DNA from: an uncultured Candidatus Binatia bacterium
Lineage (GTDB): Bacteria; Desulfobacterota; Binatia; UBA9968; JAJDTQ01
Length of the DNA: 64,000 nt
NCBI GenBank assembly: GCA_965213675.1
Contig: OZ243916.1
Span: forward strand, 928,001 to 992,000
Direction of reading: 5' to 3'
The translations under genes were made by a program, and so were the position numbers. Positions 52,734 to 63,425 of this stretch are shown piece by piece (position 1 is the stretch's first letter; the number at the start of each line of letters is the position of its first letter). The notes below the pieces were generated by a model, which was given only the letters and a program-made list of their open reading frames with translations, was not told the origin of the DNA and ran no database searches.

Positions 52734-53597
52734 TCAAGCCTTGCCCTGCAAGCGCGCCAGCAGCGCCTGAATCCTGTGATTGGACGACTCGCTTCCGGCC
52801 ACGAGCCGCTGCAATACCGGCTCCGGCCGGTTGAACACGGGGCGTTCCCCTTGCCCGGTGGCGATCCGGCCCCCGGCCTCCTCCACGAGAACGATGCCCG
52901 CGCAAACGTCCCACTCCTTGACCCGGCGGAACGTCACGGTGGCATCGGCGCGCCCCCGCGCCACTGAGGCAAGGCGCCAGGCGATGCTGCCCATGGGCGT
53001 CAGCTCGAACTCGCGGGCCAGTTCACTCAGGCGCCGGCGCGGTTCCGACCGGCTGATGAGCAAGGAGGGGCGACGGCCATCACCGTCGCGTGTCACGCGC
53101 ACGGGCGCAGGGGCGCCCCCCGTGTTCAACCATGCGCCGCCGCCCGCCACCGCCGTGAAAAGCTCCCCATGCAGCGGATGGTAGACCACCCCCAGGACGG
53201 CGACCCCGTCCACGGCCAGGCCGATGGACACGCAGAATTCGGGTATGCCGCGAATGAACTCACGCGTGCCGTCCAGCGGGTCGACGATCCACACACGGCG
53301 CTTGTCCAGCCGCTCCGGGTTGTCCACGTCCTCCTCCGAAAGCCACGCGTCGTCGGGAAAACGCTTCTCCAGGGTTTCGCGAATAACCCGGTTGGCCGCG
53401 AGGTCGGCGGTGGTCACCGGGTCGCCGCGCGACTTCTCCGCAACCTGATATTCGCCGCCGTAGAGCCGGGCGATGATGCCACCGGCCTCCCGCGCCGCAT
53501 CCGACGCCGCGCGACACTCCTCCGCGAGGGCCGGCGGCGTGCCGGACCCCGTGCTGGACAAAGCTCCTGCCGAGGGTCCATAATGAAGATCTGCCAT
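52734..53597 (-). CDS. CysQ/inositol monophosphatase family
   Basis: PVTTAD, LSEE, VDPLDGTREF, EWDVCAG; start approximate. Confidence 0.88.
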   Translation of the reverse strand: MADLHYGPSAGALSSTGSGTPPALAEECRAASDAAREAGGIIARLYGGEYQVAEKSRGDPVTTADLAANRVIRETLEKRFPDDAWLSEEDVDNPERLDKRRVWIVDPLDGTREFIRGIPEFCVSIGLAVDGVAVLGVVYHPLHGELFTAVAGGGAWLNTGGAPAPVRVTRDGDGRRPSLLISRSEPRRRLSELAREFELTPMGSIAWRLASVARGRADATVTFRRVKEWDVCAGIVLVEEAGGRIATGQGERPVFNRPEPVLQRLVAGSESSNHRIQALLARLQGKA

Positions 53598-53648
53598 CGG
53601 TTCAACTATAACAGAACGCCCGTAGAACACGCGAAAGCAGTGCCATCC

Positions 53649-54365
53649 ATGACAGCCCCCGACCCGGCCCCGACAACCAAGGCGGTGTTCCTCGACGCCG
53701 CCGGAACCCTGTTCGAGTCCGTCAAGCCCGTCGCCGTGACTTATGCGGAGATGGCGCGGCAGTTTGGCAAGGACGTGCCGTTCGAGGAGGTGTCGCGGCG
53801 CTTCGGCGAGTGCTTCGCCAGCGCCCCGCCCATGGCGTTCCCGCGCGCCAGCGGCAAGAAGCTGGCGGCGCTGGAGCGCGCCTGGTGGCGCGACGTGGTC
53901 TGGAACGTGTTCGGCGCCGCTGGACCGTTCCCGCGCTTCGACGACTACTTCGCCGCGCTGTTCGCCTACTTCGCCCGCGCCGATTCATGGTCGCTCTTCG
54001 ACGACACGGAGGCGGTCCTGAAATCGCTCAAGACGCGCGGCCTGATCCTGGTGATGATTTCGAACTTCGACTCGCGCGTGCTCGGGATCTGCCGCGGGCT
54101 GGGCATCGCGGACTACTTCGACTCGGTATTCATTTCCAGCAGCGCGGGTTTCGCCAAACCCGCGCCCGGCATCTTCCAGCTCGCGCTGGAGCGCCACGGC
54201 CTCGCCCCGTGCGACGCCGTACATGTGGGCGACAGCCCCGAAACCGACATCGAGGGGGCGCGCAACGCCGGTGTCCGCCCCGTGTTGCTGGACCGGAGCG
54301 GCAGGCTCGAAAGCGGCGGCGCCGCGCGCATCCGCGGCCTCGGTGAGTTGATGGGCCTGCTGTAG
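53649..54365 (+). CDS. HAD-IA family hydrolase
   Basis: FLDAAGTL, ISNFD, KP, HVGDSPETD. Confidence 0.88.
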   Translation: MTAPDPAPTTKAVFLDAAGTLFESVKPVAVTYAEMARQFGKDVPFEEVSRRFGECFASAPPMAFPRASGKKLAALERAWWRDVVWNVFGAAGPFPRFDDYFAALFAYFARADSWSLFDDTEAVLKSLKTRGLILVMISNFDSRVLGICRGLGIADYFDSVFISSSAGFAKPAPGIFQLALERHGLAPCDAVHVGDSPETDIEGARNAGVRPVLLDRSGRLESGGAARIRGLGELMGLL

Positions 54366-54423
54366 TCGTCTAAGTCATGACGACGGCGATGGGGAAGCGG
54401 AAAGCATGGAGAATCGGCCTTTC

Positions 54424-54450
54424 CGGAGTCCCGCTTGCGCGGGAATGACG
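54424..54450. repeat. REP-like hairpin element
   Basis: GGAGTCCCGC-TTGC-GCGGGAATGAC hairpin in intergenic region. Confidence 0.5.
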
Positions 54451-54553
54451 TTTCGCAGGGCGGGTTTCGGATCGTTCTTGACGAACTTGTTTTGCAGCAG
54501 CGGGAGGACCGTCGCACCCGTTGCGAACCCGACATTTCATCGGAGGTAGGACC

Positions 54554-55582
54554 ATGGCGATCATCGACGCAGACGCGCACGTGCTGGAGACCCAAAAGAC
54601 CTGGGAATACATGGAGGGTGCGGAAAAAGCTTACCGCCCCCGGATCGTCACCGCCCAGAACGGCACGGGCGGCGAAGGCGAATACTGGCTGGTGGATGGA
54701 CGACTCCATCTCAAGTCGGACAATGTCGGCAAGGACACGCCGGCGGAATCTCGCGAAATGGCGGACGTGTCCTCCCGGTTGCAGCACATGGACGAGATGG
54801 GGGTATCCGTCCAGGTGCTCTACCCCACCATCTTTCTGCGCCCCGTCACGGACAAGCCCGAGGTGGAGCGGGCGCTCTTCAAAAGCTACAACCGCTGGCT
54901 GTGCGACATCTGGAAGCAGGGCCAGAACCGCCTGCGCTGGGTCGCGACCCTGCCGTTGATGAGCATGGACGAGGCGCTGAAGGAGCTGGACTTCGTGCTT
55001 CAAAACGGCGCCTGCGGGGTGTTCGTCCCCGGTCTTGTCGGCAACCGGCGCCTGAGCGACCCGTACTTCACGCCGCTCTATGAAGCGCTGAGCGACGCCG
55101 GCACCCCCCTGTGCGTCCACTCCGCCACCGGCAGCTTCACCCAGCACGACCTCTTCTTCGACGAGCCTGGCTTCAACAAGTTCAAGCTCGCGGTGGTGGG
55201 ATCGTTCCACTCGGTGATCTGGGACCGCGTCCCGGAACGCTTCCCGCGACTGCGCATCGGGTTCATCGAGGTGAGCGCGCAATGGGTTCCGTACGTATTC
55301 CACGACCTCGCCAAACGTTTCCGCCAGAAGCGCGGCATCGAGCTCTCGCGCAGCTTCCTCAAGGACAGCCGCATCTACGTGGCCTGCCAGACCGACGACG
55401 ACCTCGACTACGTGCTCGAATACGCGGGCGACGACAGCATCGTCATTGGCACGGACTACGGCCACAACGACACTTCCAGCGAGATCGAGGCACTGCAGAA
55501 ACTCCAGGACGACGGCAAGGTGAGCCCCGCGGCCGTCGCCAAGATCCTCGACGACAACCCCCGGGCGCTGTACGGCCTGTAG
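54554..55582 (+). CDS. Amidohydrolase_2 family protein
   Basis: IIDADAHV, CVH, ERFPRLRIGFIE, GTDYGH; GGAGG RBS. Confidence 0.87.
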   Translation: MAIIDADAHVLETQKTWEYMEGAEKAYRPRIVTAQNGTGGEGEYWLVDGRLHLKSDNVGKDTPAESREMADVSSRLQHMDEMGVSVQVLYPTIFLRPVTDKPEVERALFKSYNRWLCDIWKQGQNRLRWVATLPLMSMDEALKELDFVLQNGACGVFVPGLVGNRRLSDPYFTPLYEALSDAGTPLCVHSATGSFTQHDLFFDEPGFNKFKLAVVGSFHSVIWDRVPERFPRLRIGFIEVSAQWVPYVFHDLAKRFRQKRGIELSRSFLKDSRIYVACQTDDDLDYVLEYAGDDSIVIGTDYGHNDTSSEIEALQKLQDDGKVSPAAVAKILDDNPRALYGL

Positions 55583-55711
55583 ACGCGGGACGCCAGGAAA
55601 TAGCGGGGCGCGGCGGCGTTTGTCGCATTCCCGTTTGTTGCAATCCCATGACCGCGCCGTTCGTTCCGAGCGTCGCGAAGCGAAGTGGAAGGACACCGGA
55701 TCCAAGGTAAT

Positions 55712-57937
55712 ATGATGGCGAATCGTCAACTGAAGTATGTCGGCGCCAACACCCCGCGGGTGGACGGCTACGACAAGGTCACGGGGCAGGCCAAGTACAC
55801 CGGGGACCTAGAAATCCCGGGAATGTCCTACGGCCACGTGCTGCGCAGCCTGCACGCGCACGCGCGCCTCGTGGACATCGACACGAGCGCGGCGGAGCGG
55901 CTGCCGGGCGTCGCCGGCGTGCTCACCGGACGGGACGTGGACGATCTCGACCCCCACTACGGCGGCCGCCCGCTTATCGCGCTGGAGCGAGTGCGTTACG
56001 TCGGCGAGCCCGTGGCGGTGGTGGCCGCGGACGATCCGCTGACCGCCGAGCAGGCCGCCGCCCTGGTGGAGGTCCGATACGAGCCCCTGTCCGCGGCGGT
56101 GGGGCTCGACGCGGCGCTGGCGCCGGACGCGCCGCGCGTGCACGAGGACCGTGAAGGCAACATCTGCGCCCACGACAAGGTGCGGCGCGGCGACATCGTC
56201 CGAGGGTTCGCCGAGTCGGACCAAATCTTCGAGCACCACTTCACCTTTCCCATGATCTACCACTACTCCATGGAACCCCATGGGGTCATCGCAGACTACC
56301 GGGACGACGGCATTACCTTGTGGTCCTCGGCCCAGCATCCGTTCCTGGTGCAGGCGGATCTGGCGCGCATCTTCGGGTTTCCCGAAAGCAGGGTGAGTCT
56401 CCACGTGCCCTACCTAGGAGGCGGCTTCGGCGGCAAGTCCTACGCCAAGATCGAGCCGCTGGTGGTGGCGGCATCGCGCAAGGTGGGGCGCCCGGTGCGG
56501 GTGTGCCTGTCGGTGTCGGAAGCGATGGTGACGGTGCGGCGGCACAGCGCCAGGGTTCGGGTCAAGACCGGCGTCAAGAACGACGGCACCCTCATGGCGC
56601 GGGAGGCGGAGATCTACCTCGACACCGGCGCGTACATGGACAACGGCCCTCAGGTCGCCACACGCGCCGCCACCCGTGTGCTCGGCCCCTACCGCATCCC
56701 GCACATCCACACCGACGCCTACGCGGTCTATACCCACGCCGGCGGAGCCGGCTCGTTCCGATCCATCGGCGGCCCGCAGTCCATCTTCGCGGGCGAAAGC
56801 CAGATGAACATGATCGCGGCGCGCCTGGGCATGGACCCCGCGGCGCTGCGACTCAAGAACCTGCTCAAGCGCGGCGAGGTGCTGCGGCCGGGTCTGCGCC
56901 CCTTGGACGTGAACCTCGCCGGGACCCTGAAGCGCCTGCTGAGCGCCAGCCGCTGGAAAGGGCGCACAGCCCGGGCGCACGCGCCGGCAGGCCTGGCCTG
57001 CGGCATGACCAATGCCGGCGGCCAGCCCATCACGGTGGCCATGGTGCGTCTCCAGGCCGACGGCGCCGCCACCATCATGGCCGGCAGCACCGAGATGGGC
57101 CAGGGCGTGCGCACGGTGCTGTCCCAGTTCGTGGGCGAGGAACTGCAACTGCCGCTGGAACGCATCCGCATGTCCGGCGCGGATACGGCCATCACCCCCT
57201 ACGACCGCTCCACCGGCTCCAGCCGTTCCACCACCCTCATGGGGCGGGCGGTGCAGCAGGCGGCGCGCGATGTGAAGCGCCAGCTCCTCAAGATCGGCGC
57301 CGCGGCGTTCGGCGCGCGCGCCAGGGAGGTCCGGCTGATGGACGGCTCGCTGGTGTGTGGCGAGGCGCGCATGTCCTTCGCCGAAGCCATGGAAAAACGT
57401 TTCGGCGCCGCCGCCGGCGAACTGATCGGAACCGGCACCGTCGGACCGGAGATCATCCAGAACGTCCTGCCCGTGGTCTGGGAAGTAGGCATGGGTGCGG
57501 TGGAGTTGGACATCGACCGCGACACTGGCGCCGTGTCGGTGGCGGACTACCTGTCCGTGGCTGATGTCGGCAAGGCCATCAACCCCATCCAGTGCGAGGG
57601 ACAGGAAGAAGGCGCCGCCATGATGGGCTTGGGGCACGCGCTGTTCGAGGAGATGATCTACGAGGGCGGCCAACTCGTGAACTCGAACCTGGTGGACTAC
57701 CGGGTCCCTTCCTTCACGGACATGCCCCGGGGCTTCCACACGGTGCTGGTGGAGAACGGCGACGGCCTCGGCCCCTACGGCAGCCGCGGCATGGGCGAAG
57801 GCGGCATCTTCTCGGTGGCGCCGGCCATCACCGGCGCGCTGGCCCATGCCACCGGCGTGCAGATCTGCGACCTGCCGCTCACCCCGGAGCGGGTATGGCG
57901 CGCCCTGCGCGCCGCTGGAGCTACGGACGAGGCATGA
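55712..57937 (+). CDS. Xanthine dehydrogenase-family molybdopterin-binding subunit
   Basis: KVTGQAKY, LGGGFGGK, SFRSIGGPQ, EMGQG, GMGEGG. Confidence 0.9.
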   Translation: MMANRQLKYVGANTPRVDGYDKVTGQAKYTGDLEIPGMSYGHVLRSLHAHARLVDIDTSAAERLPGVAGVLTGRDVDDLDPHYGGRPLIALERVRYVGEPVAVVAADDPLTAEQAAALVEVRYEPLSAAVGLDAALAPDAPRVHEDREGNICAHDKVRRGDIVRGFAESDQIFEHHFTFPMIYHYSMEPHGVIADYRDDGITLWSSAQHPFLVQADLARIFGFPESRVSLHVPYLGGGFGGKSYAKIEPLVVAASRKVGRPVRVCLSVSEAMVTVRRHSARVRVKTGVKNDGTLMAREAEIYLDTGAYMDNGPQVATRAATRVLGPYRIPHIHTDAYAVYTHAGGAGSFRSIGGPQSIFAGESQMNMIAARLGMDPAALRLKNLLKRGEVLRPGLRPLDVNLAGTLKRLLSASRWKGRTARAHAPAGLACGMTNAGGQPITVAMVRLQADGAATIMAGSTEMGQGVRTVLSQFVGEELQLPLERIRMSGADTAITPYDRSTGSSRSTTLMGRAVQQAARDVKRQLLKIGAAAFGARAREVRLMDGSLVCGEARMSFAEAMEKRFGAAAGELIGTGTVGPEIIQNVLPVVWEVGMGAVELDIDRDTGAVSVADYLSVADVGKAINPIQCEGQEEGAAMMGLGHALFEEMIYEGGQLVNSNLVDYRVPSFTDMPRGFHTVLVENGDGLGPYGSRGMGEGGIFSVAPAITGALAHATGVQICDLPLTPERVWRALRAAGATDEA

Positions 57938-58800
57938 AGATCCGGGATCGCTTCAATGAGAAACAGCCGCTCTTTTCCTTCGAGTTCTTCCCGCCGAAGG
58001 ATGACCAGGGCGTGGATGCGCTGTTCGAGACCGTCGCGAACCTGAAGGCCTTGGGACCGGCCTTCGTATCCGTCACCTACGGCGCCGGCGGCAGCACGCG
58101 CGAGAAGACCGTGGCCATCACCCGGCGCATCAAGCGTGAGACCGGCATCGAGGCCATGGCGCACCTGACCTGCGTGGGGCACGGACGCCATGACATCGCC
58201 GCGCTCCTCGAGGATTACGAGGCCGCGGGCATCGAAAACATCATGGCGCTGCGCGGGGACCCGCCGCGGGGAGACACGACTTTCACGCCCCATCCGGACG
58301 GCTTCTCCCACGCCGACCAACTCATCGGCTTCATCCGGGAACGCAAGGACTTCTGCCTCGGCGGCGCGGGTTACCCGGAGACTCATCCCGAGGCGCCCAG
58401 CCCGGAAACCGACCTGGAAAACCTCAAGCGCAAGATCGACGCCGGCTGCGATTTCGTCGTCACCCAGCTCTTTTTCGACGAGCGCGACTACTTCGACTTC
58501 GCAGCCCGCGCCCGGGGAGCTTGTATCGACGTCCCCATCGTCCCCGGCATCATGCCCGTCACCAACACCGCCCAGATCAAACGCTTCACGCAGATGTGCG
58601 GCGCCACCATCCCGGCGCCGTTGCTGGCAAGGCTCGAGACGGCCGCCGGCGACGCCGAGGCGGTGGCCCAGGTCGGCATCGAGCACGCCACCCGCCAGTG
58701 CCGCGCCCTGCTCGACGGCGGCGCCCCCGGCATCCACTTCTACACCCTCAACCGCTCCCTCTCCACGAGGCGGATCGTCGCCAACCTGCGGGAGCCGTAG
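57934..58800 (+). CDS. metF: Methylenetetrahydrofolate reductase
   Basis: SFEFFPPK, SVTYGAGGS, AHLTC, ALRGDPP, TQLFF, HFYTLNR; ATGA overlap. Confidence 0.94.
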   Translation: MKIRDRFNEKQPLFSFEFFPPKDDQGVDALFETVANLKALGPAFVSVTYGAGGSTREKTVAITRRIKRETGIEAMAHLTCVGHGRHDIAALLEDYEAAGIENIMALRGDPPRGDTTFTPHPDGFSHADQLIGFIRERKDFCLGGAGYPETHPEAPSPETDLENLKRKIDAGCDFVVTQLFFDERDYFDFAARARGACIDVPIVPGIMPVTNTAQIKRFTQMCGATIPAPLLARLETAAGDAEAVAQVGIEHATRQCRALLDGGAPGIHFYTLNRSLSTRRIVANLREP

Positions 58801-58832
58801 AGTCCGCAACGCCTGGGAATCGCCGAAGGAAC

Positions 58833-58871
58833 AAAAAAAGGGCCGGGAGCTTGGTGCTCCCGGCCCTTTTT
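58833..58871. terminator. Bidirectional intrinsic terminator between metF and ubiD-like gene
   Basis: AAAAAAAGGGCCGGGAGC-TTGGT-GCTCCCGGCCCTTTTT. Confidence 0.9.
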
Positions 58872-58893
58872 GCTTGCAGCGGCCAACGGCGCG

Positions 58894-60381
58894 CTACCCC
58901 TCAATGACGTGGCGCCACTTGTCGTAAACCTTCTTCTTGAGTTCGGGGGTGGACTCGGCCACGGGCGGGAAGTCCTTCATCCACTCGAAGGGGCGGGTGG
59001 CGTCGATGATGGCGCGGGAGTTGAAGCCCTTCTTGCCCGGCTCGATGCGCGGGTCGAGGGGGCCGCTCCAGCAGCGCCGCAGGATGTCGATGGAATCCAC
59101 CGGATCGGAGCGGGTGGCCAGGGCCCAGAGCACGTCGAAGGTCTTGGTGGGGTCGATGTCCTCGTCCACCACGATGACGTAGCGTCCGAGATAGGCGCCC
59201 GCATGCACCTGGGAGGCCACGAAGCCGGCCTGGCGCGCGTGGCCCGGGTAGCGTTGTTTGATGGAAATGATGTTCAGCAGACGGCCGCCGCCCGCCTCAT
59301 GGCACCACACGCCCTTCACGTCGGGCACGCCGGCCTTTTCCACCTGGTCCCAGATGAGCGCGGCCTTCACCATGCACTTGGCGATGGAGTAGTCCGAAGG
59401 CGGCCGCCCGGGCCGGGCCGCGGTGAGAATGGGATTGTTGCGGTGGTAGATGCGCTCCACCCGGATCAGCGGCTCGGGGCGGCTGTTGCTGGCGTAGTAG
59501 CCGGTCCACTCGCCGAACGGCCCTTCCGTGCGCCGCTCCTCGGGATCCATGTAGCCCTCGATGACGATCTCGGCTTGGGCCGGGAACGGCAACCCCGTGA
59601 CCTCGCCCTGGATGACGTCGATGGGGGCGCCCTTGAGCCCGCCGGCGTAGTCGTACTCGGACACGCCGTAGTCCACCTCGTTGCCGGACACCATGAACAG
59701 CACCGGATCCTGTCCCACGCACACGATGACCGGGCACTTCTCGCCGCGGTCGAACCATTTGTCTCGCTGGATGCGGCCGTGCTTTCCAGGCGAGATGTAG
59801 ACGTTCATGCTCTGCTCGTCCTGAACCATGCCGCGATAGGTGCCGAAATTCACCCAGCCCTCGTCCGGGTCCTTGGTGACCACGAGGCAGCCCGTGCCGA
59901 TGTAGCGTCCGCCGTCCAGCTCATGAACGAACGGCACCGGGAACTTCAACAGGTTGATGTCCTCACCCTTGAGCACGTTCTCCATCACCGGACCGCTGTC
60001 GACGACGCGATGGGGGATCGGGTTGTGTTCGGAGATCTTGTCGCGGGTGGCGCGGACGAGATCCAGGTCGGTGAGGTCGATGGGCAGCCCCAAGGCCAGC
60101 GCCATGCGCTTGAACGAGGCGTTCTGCGCGAACAGCACCCGGAAGCCCTCGGGGTAGTCCTTGATCTTGTCATAGAGCACCGCGGGCACGGGTCCGTTGC
60201 TCCCTTGGGCGATGAGTTCCGACAGGGTCCCCATCTCCAGGTTCCAGTCGACTCCATCCACCCGCTTCAACTGTCCGAAGCTGTCAACGATCTCCAGCCA
60301 CTCCCGCAGATCGGTATAGCTGGGCGCGGCCCCGGCGCGGATCTCCTTCTCAACGATCTTGGTTGCCTCTACTGCGGCCAT
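58894..60381 (-). CDS. UbiD-family (de)carboxylase
   Basis: DGGRYIGT, NFGTYRG, EGPFGEWTGYY, VDEDID, IIDAT. Confidence 0.9.
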   Translation of the reverse strand: MAAVEATKIVEKEIRAGAAPSYTDLREWLEIVDSFGQLKRVDGVDWNLEMGTLSELIAQGSNGPVPAVLYDKIKDYPEGFRVLFAQNASFKRMALALGLPIDLTDLDLVRATRDKISEHNPIPHRVVDSGPVMENVLKGEDINLLKFPVPFVHELDGGRYIGTGCLVVTKDPDEGWVNFGTYRGMVQDEQSMNVYISPGKHGRIQRDKWFDRGEKCPVIVCVGQDPVLFMVSGNEVDYGVSEYDYAGGLKGAPIDVIQGEVTGLPFPAQAEIVIEGYMDPEERRTEGPFGEWTGYYASNSRPEPLIRVERIYHRNNPILTAARPGRPPSDYSIAKCMVKAALIWDQVEKAGVPDVKGVWCHEAGGGRLLNIISIKQRYPGHARQAGFVASQVHAGAYLGRYVIVVDEDIDPTKTFDVLWALATRSDPVDSIDILRRCWSGPLDPRIEPGKKGFNSRAIIDATRPFEWMKDFPPVAESTPELKKKVYDKWRHVIEG

Positions 60382-60600
60382 AGGATTACAGGCTCCTTCC
60401 TTGGGGTTTCTTTCCTCAGTGCCACGTGACATCCCGTGGTTTCAACGCAATATCCGTTGTTATTTCCTGGTGTTTATATCGGGTAACCGCGACATTTGCC
60501 AGTGCGCACCGCACAGCCAAACCCCCGGAACAACCCGCGATCACTTGGCGCGGCGGGCTCGCGCCCGTGCCGAATCCGAGGGACCGCCCCTGTCGCGCGG

Positions 60601-61749
60601 TCAATCGCCCAGCATCGTGTCGTCCATGCCCTCGGTGTCGTCCGCGGGCAAACCGTTGCAACTCTCCGGATCGAGGGCGAGATAGACGCCGGTGCCCACC
60701 GGCACGGCGTTGGCGGGATGCGTGTGCACGCGGACGAGTTGCTCCCGGACCTTCACTTGGCAATGATAGGCATCACCCATGAAAACGGCGTCGTGCAGCG
60801 TCCCGTGCAACACGTTGTCGGCGCCGTCCGGCGCCTCCTTCGTCACCGTGATGTTCTCGGGCCGGATCGAGAGCACCACGCTGGCGCCCTTCTCCATGGG
60901 CACGGCGGGACTGAACGACAGCATCCCGAACTCGGTGTCGAGGCGGCTGGGATGGGAGTTGGCGCCGACCTCCGCGACCTTGCCGTTGATGAGGTTGGTC
61001 AACCCCAGGAACGTGGCGGTGAACTTGCGCTTGGGCTTGGCATAGAGCTGGTGCGGGTCGCCCACCTCGATCAGCTTGCCGCCGTGCATGACCGCGATCT
61101 GGTCGGAAATGGCCAGCGCTTCAGCCTGATCGTGGGTGACGTAGATGGTAGTGATGTTCACACGCCGCTGCAACGCCTTGATCTCGAAGCGCATCTGTTC
61201 CCGCAGCTTGGCGTCGAGGTTGCTCAATGGCTCGTCCAGCAACATCACCTTGGGCTCGTTGATCAGCGCCCGGGCGAAGGCCACCCGCTGCTGCTGTCCA
61301 CCGGAAAGCTTGGGGGCGGGCCGGTCTTCCAGGCCGGCAAGCCCGACGATCTTGAGCACATCCTCCACGCGGCTGCGGATCTCGGTCTTGGGGCGCCGCC
61401 GGATGGTCAGCGGATAACCCACGTTCTCCGCCACGCTCATGTGCGGCCAGATGGCATAGGACTGGAACACCATGCCGATGGGCCGGTGGTTCGGCGGCAC
61501 GTAGGCGCCGCCGGCGGAGTTGAACACCGCCTTCTCGTCGATGTCGATGACCCCGCTCTCCGGCCGCTCGAGCCCGGCGACGCAACGCAGCGTCGTTGTC
61601 TTGCCGCAGCCGCTGGGGCCCAGGAACGTGTACAGGGATCCTTCCGGGATGCTCAGCGAGACTCCCTTGAGAACGTGGACCCGCTCCGGCCCTTCTCCGA
61701 AGTATTTCTCAAGGTTCTGAATCTCGACCATGACTCTGTCATCGCTCAC
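60601..61749 (-). CDS. ABC importer ATP-binding protein with TOBE domain
   Basis: GPSGCGKT, LSGGQQQR, LLDEPLSNLD, VTHDQ. Confidence 0.92.
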   Translation of the reverse strand: MSDDRVMVEIQNLEKYFGEGPERVHVLKGVSLSIPEGSLYTFLGPSGCGKTTTLRCVAGLERPESGVIDIDEKAVFNSAGGAYVPPNHRPIGMVFQSYAIWPHMSVAENVGYPLTIRRRPKTEIRSRVEDVLKIVGLAGLEDRPAPKLSGGQQQRVAFARALINEPKVMLLDEPLSNLDAKLREQMRFEIKALQRRVNITTIYVTHDQAEALAISDQIAVMHGGKLIEVGDPHQLYAKPKRKFTATFLGLTNLINGKVAEVGANSHPSRLDTEFGMLSFSPAVPMEKGASVVLSIRPENITVTKEAPDGADNVLHGTLHDAVFMGDAYHCQVKVREQLVRVHTHPANAVPVGTGVYLALDPESCNGLPADDTEGMDDTMLGD

Positions 61750-62036
61750 CGGCAACCTCCGTTCGCGAGCCGTACCGCCCGGATGATCGACCATCGAAAC
61801 GACCAAGGACACGACCAAGGAAGACGGCCGTCCAACTCGACCATTGAGCGCCCCGCACGCGCCTGTTCCGCCACTGGATTGAGCCACCTATCGCACACAA
61901 GACGGGGGATTTCAACATCCCGCGCAGGCTTGCTTTCACGCGGGATTTTTCCTAACAAACAACCTGTCGTGCGCACTCGTTCCACCCGCGCCCCCCGCGT
62001 CCATGGGTACGGCGCATCCATGCGAAGGGAGCACCC

Positions 62037-63410
62037 ATGAAAGCAGATCTGGTGATCAGGAACGGCACCGTCGTGACCCCGGAGTCCACCTTCGACGGTG
62101 GCGTGGCGATTCACGAAGGCAAGTTCGTGGCCATCGGCACCAATGCCTCGCTCCCGGACGGGACCGAGGAGATCGACGCCACCGGCAAGCACATTCTTCC
62201 CGGACTGATCGATGCCCATGTGCACTTCCGCGAGCCGGGCATGACCCACAAGGAAGACTTTGGCACGGGCTCGCGCGCGGCCATCGCCGGCGGCATCACC
62301 TGCGTGGTGGACATGCCCAATACCATCCCGCCGGTCACCCACCCCGAGCAGGTGCACGAAAAGAAGCGCATGGCGGAGGAGAAGTCCCTGGTGGACTTCG
62401 CGCTGCTGGGCGTCGTGGTGCAGACCAACGCCGATCAGATCCTGCCCATGGCCGGAGCCGGCGCGGTAGGCTACAAGATCTTCTTCGGCGAAACCATCGG
62501 CAACCTTCCGTTTCCGGACGACGGCGTGTGCCAGGACGTGTTCCGCAACATCACCGAGTCCCGGCTGCCGCTGTGCATTCACGCCGAGAACCGCCAGATC
62601 ATGTACCACCACCTGAACCGCATCAAGGAGGAGGGCAAGACCGCACCAGTGAACTGGGAATCCACTCGCCCGGCCATCTGCGAGGCCGAGTCCGTGCACC
62701 ATGCGCTGTTCTTCGCCGAGACCTTCGGCACCAAGATGCACGTGCTGCACATGAGCTCCAGGCAGGCCGCCGGCATGGTGCGGGACGCCAAGGCCCGCGG
62801 ACTGCGGATCACCGCGGAAACCGGCCCTCATTACCTCCTGCGGGAACCCGGGGACATGGAGGAGGCGGGGCCGCTGCTCAAGATGAACCCTCCGGTACGC
62901 ACCCGTGACCACGGCGAGGCGTTGTGGGACGGTCTGCTCAACGGCTACGTGGACATGATCGCCACCGATCACTCGCCCCACACCCTGGAGGAAAAGGGAG
63001 CGGATGTGCACGGCCACATGCTGAAGCCCGCCATCTGGGAATGCATTTCGGGGTTCTGCGGCGTGGAGACCGGCGTCCCGCTCATGCTTACGGAGGTCAA
63101 CAAGGGGCGCATGAGCCTCAATCACTACGTGAGGCTGGCGTCGGAAAACCCCGCCAGGGTCTGGCAGATCCATCCTCAGAAAGGTGCGCTCCGGGTGGGC
63201 TCCGACGGCGACGTCACCATCGTGGACATGGACAAGGAAGGCGCCATCGACATCCACGGCCTGCACAGCAAGAACAACCCCTCGCCGTGGCACGGCTGGA
63301 AGATCAAGGGCATGCCCGTCACCGCCATCGTTCGCGGACACGTGCAGATGCAGGACGGCGAACCGGTGGGCGCGCCCATCGGACGCATGGTCTACCCGAC
63401 ACCAGACTGA
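62037..63410 (+). CDS. Allantoinase/dihydroorotase-like cyclic amidohydrolase
   Basis: DAHVHFREPG, GYKIF, HAEN, KMNPPVR, ATDHSPH. Confidence 0.88.
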   Translation: MKADLVIRNGTVVTPESTFDGGVAIHEGKFVAIGTNASLPDGTEEIDATGKHILPGLIDAHVHFREPGMTHKEDFGTGSRAAIAGGITCVVDMPNTIPPVTHPEQVHEKKRMAEEKSLVDFALLGVVVQTNADQILPMAGAGAVGYKIFFGETIGNLPFPDDGVCQDVFRNITESRLPLCIHAENRQIMYHHLNRIKEEGKTAPVNWESTRPAICEAESVHHALFFAETFGTKMHVLHMSSRQAAGMVRDAKARGLRITAETGPHYLLREPGDMEEAGPLLKMNPPVRTRDHGEALWDGLLNGYVDMIATDHSPHTLEEKGADVHGHMLKPAIWECISGFCGVETGVPLMLTEVNKGRMSLNHYVRLASENPARVWQIHPQKGALRVGSDGDVTIVDMDKEGAIDIHGLHSKNNPSPWHGWKIKGMPVTAIVRGHVQMQDGEPVGAPIGRMVYPTPD

Positions 63411-63425
63411 GGGACGAGGAGAAGA

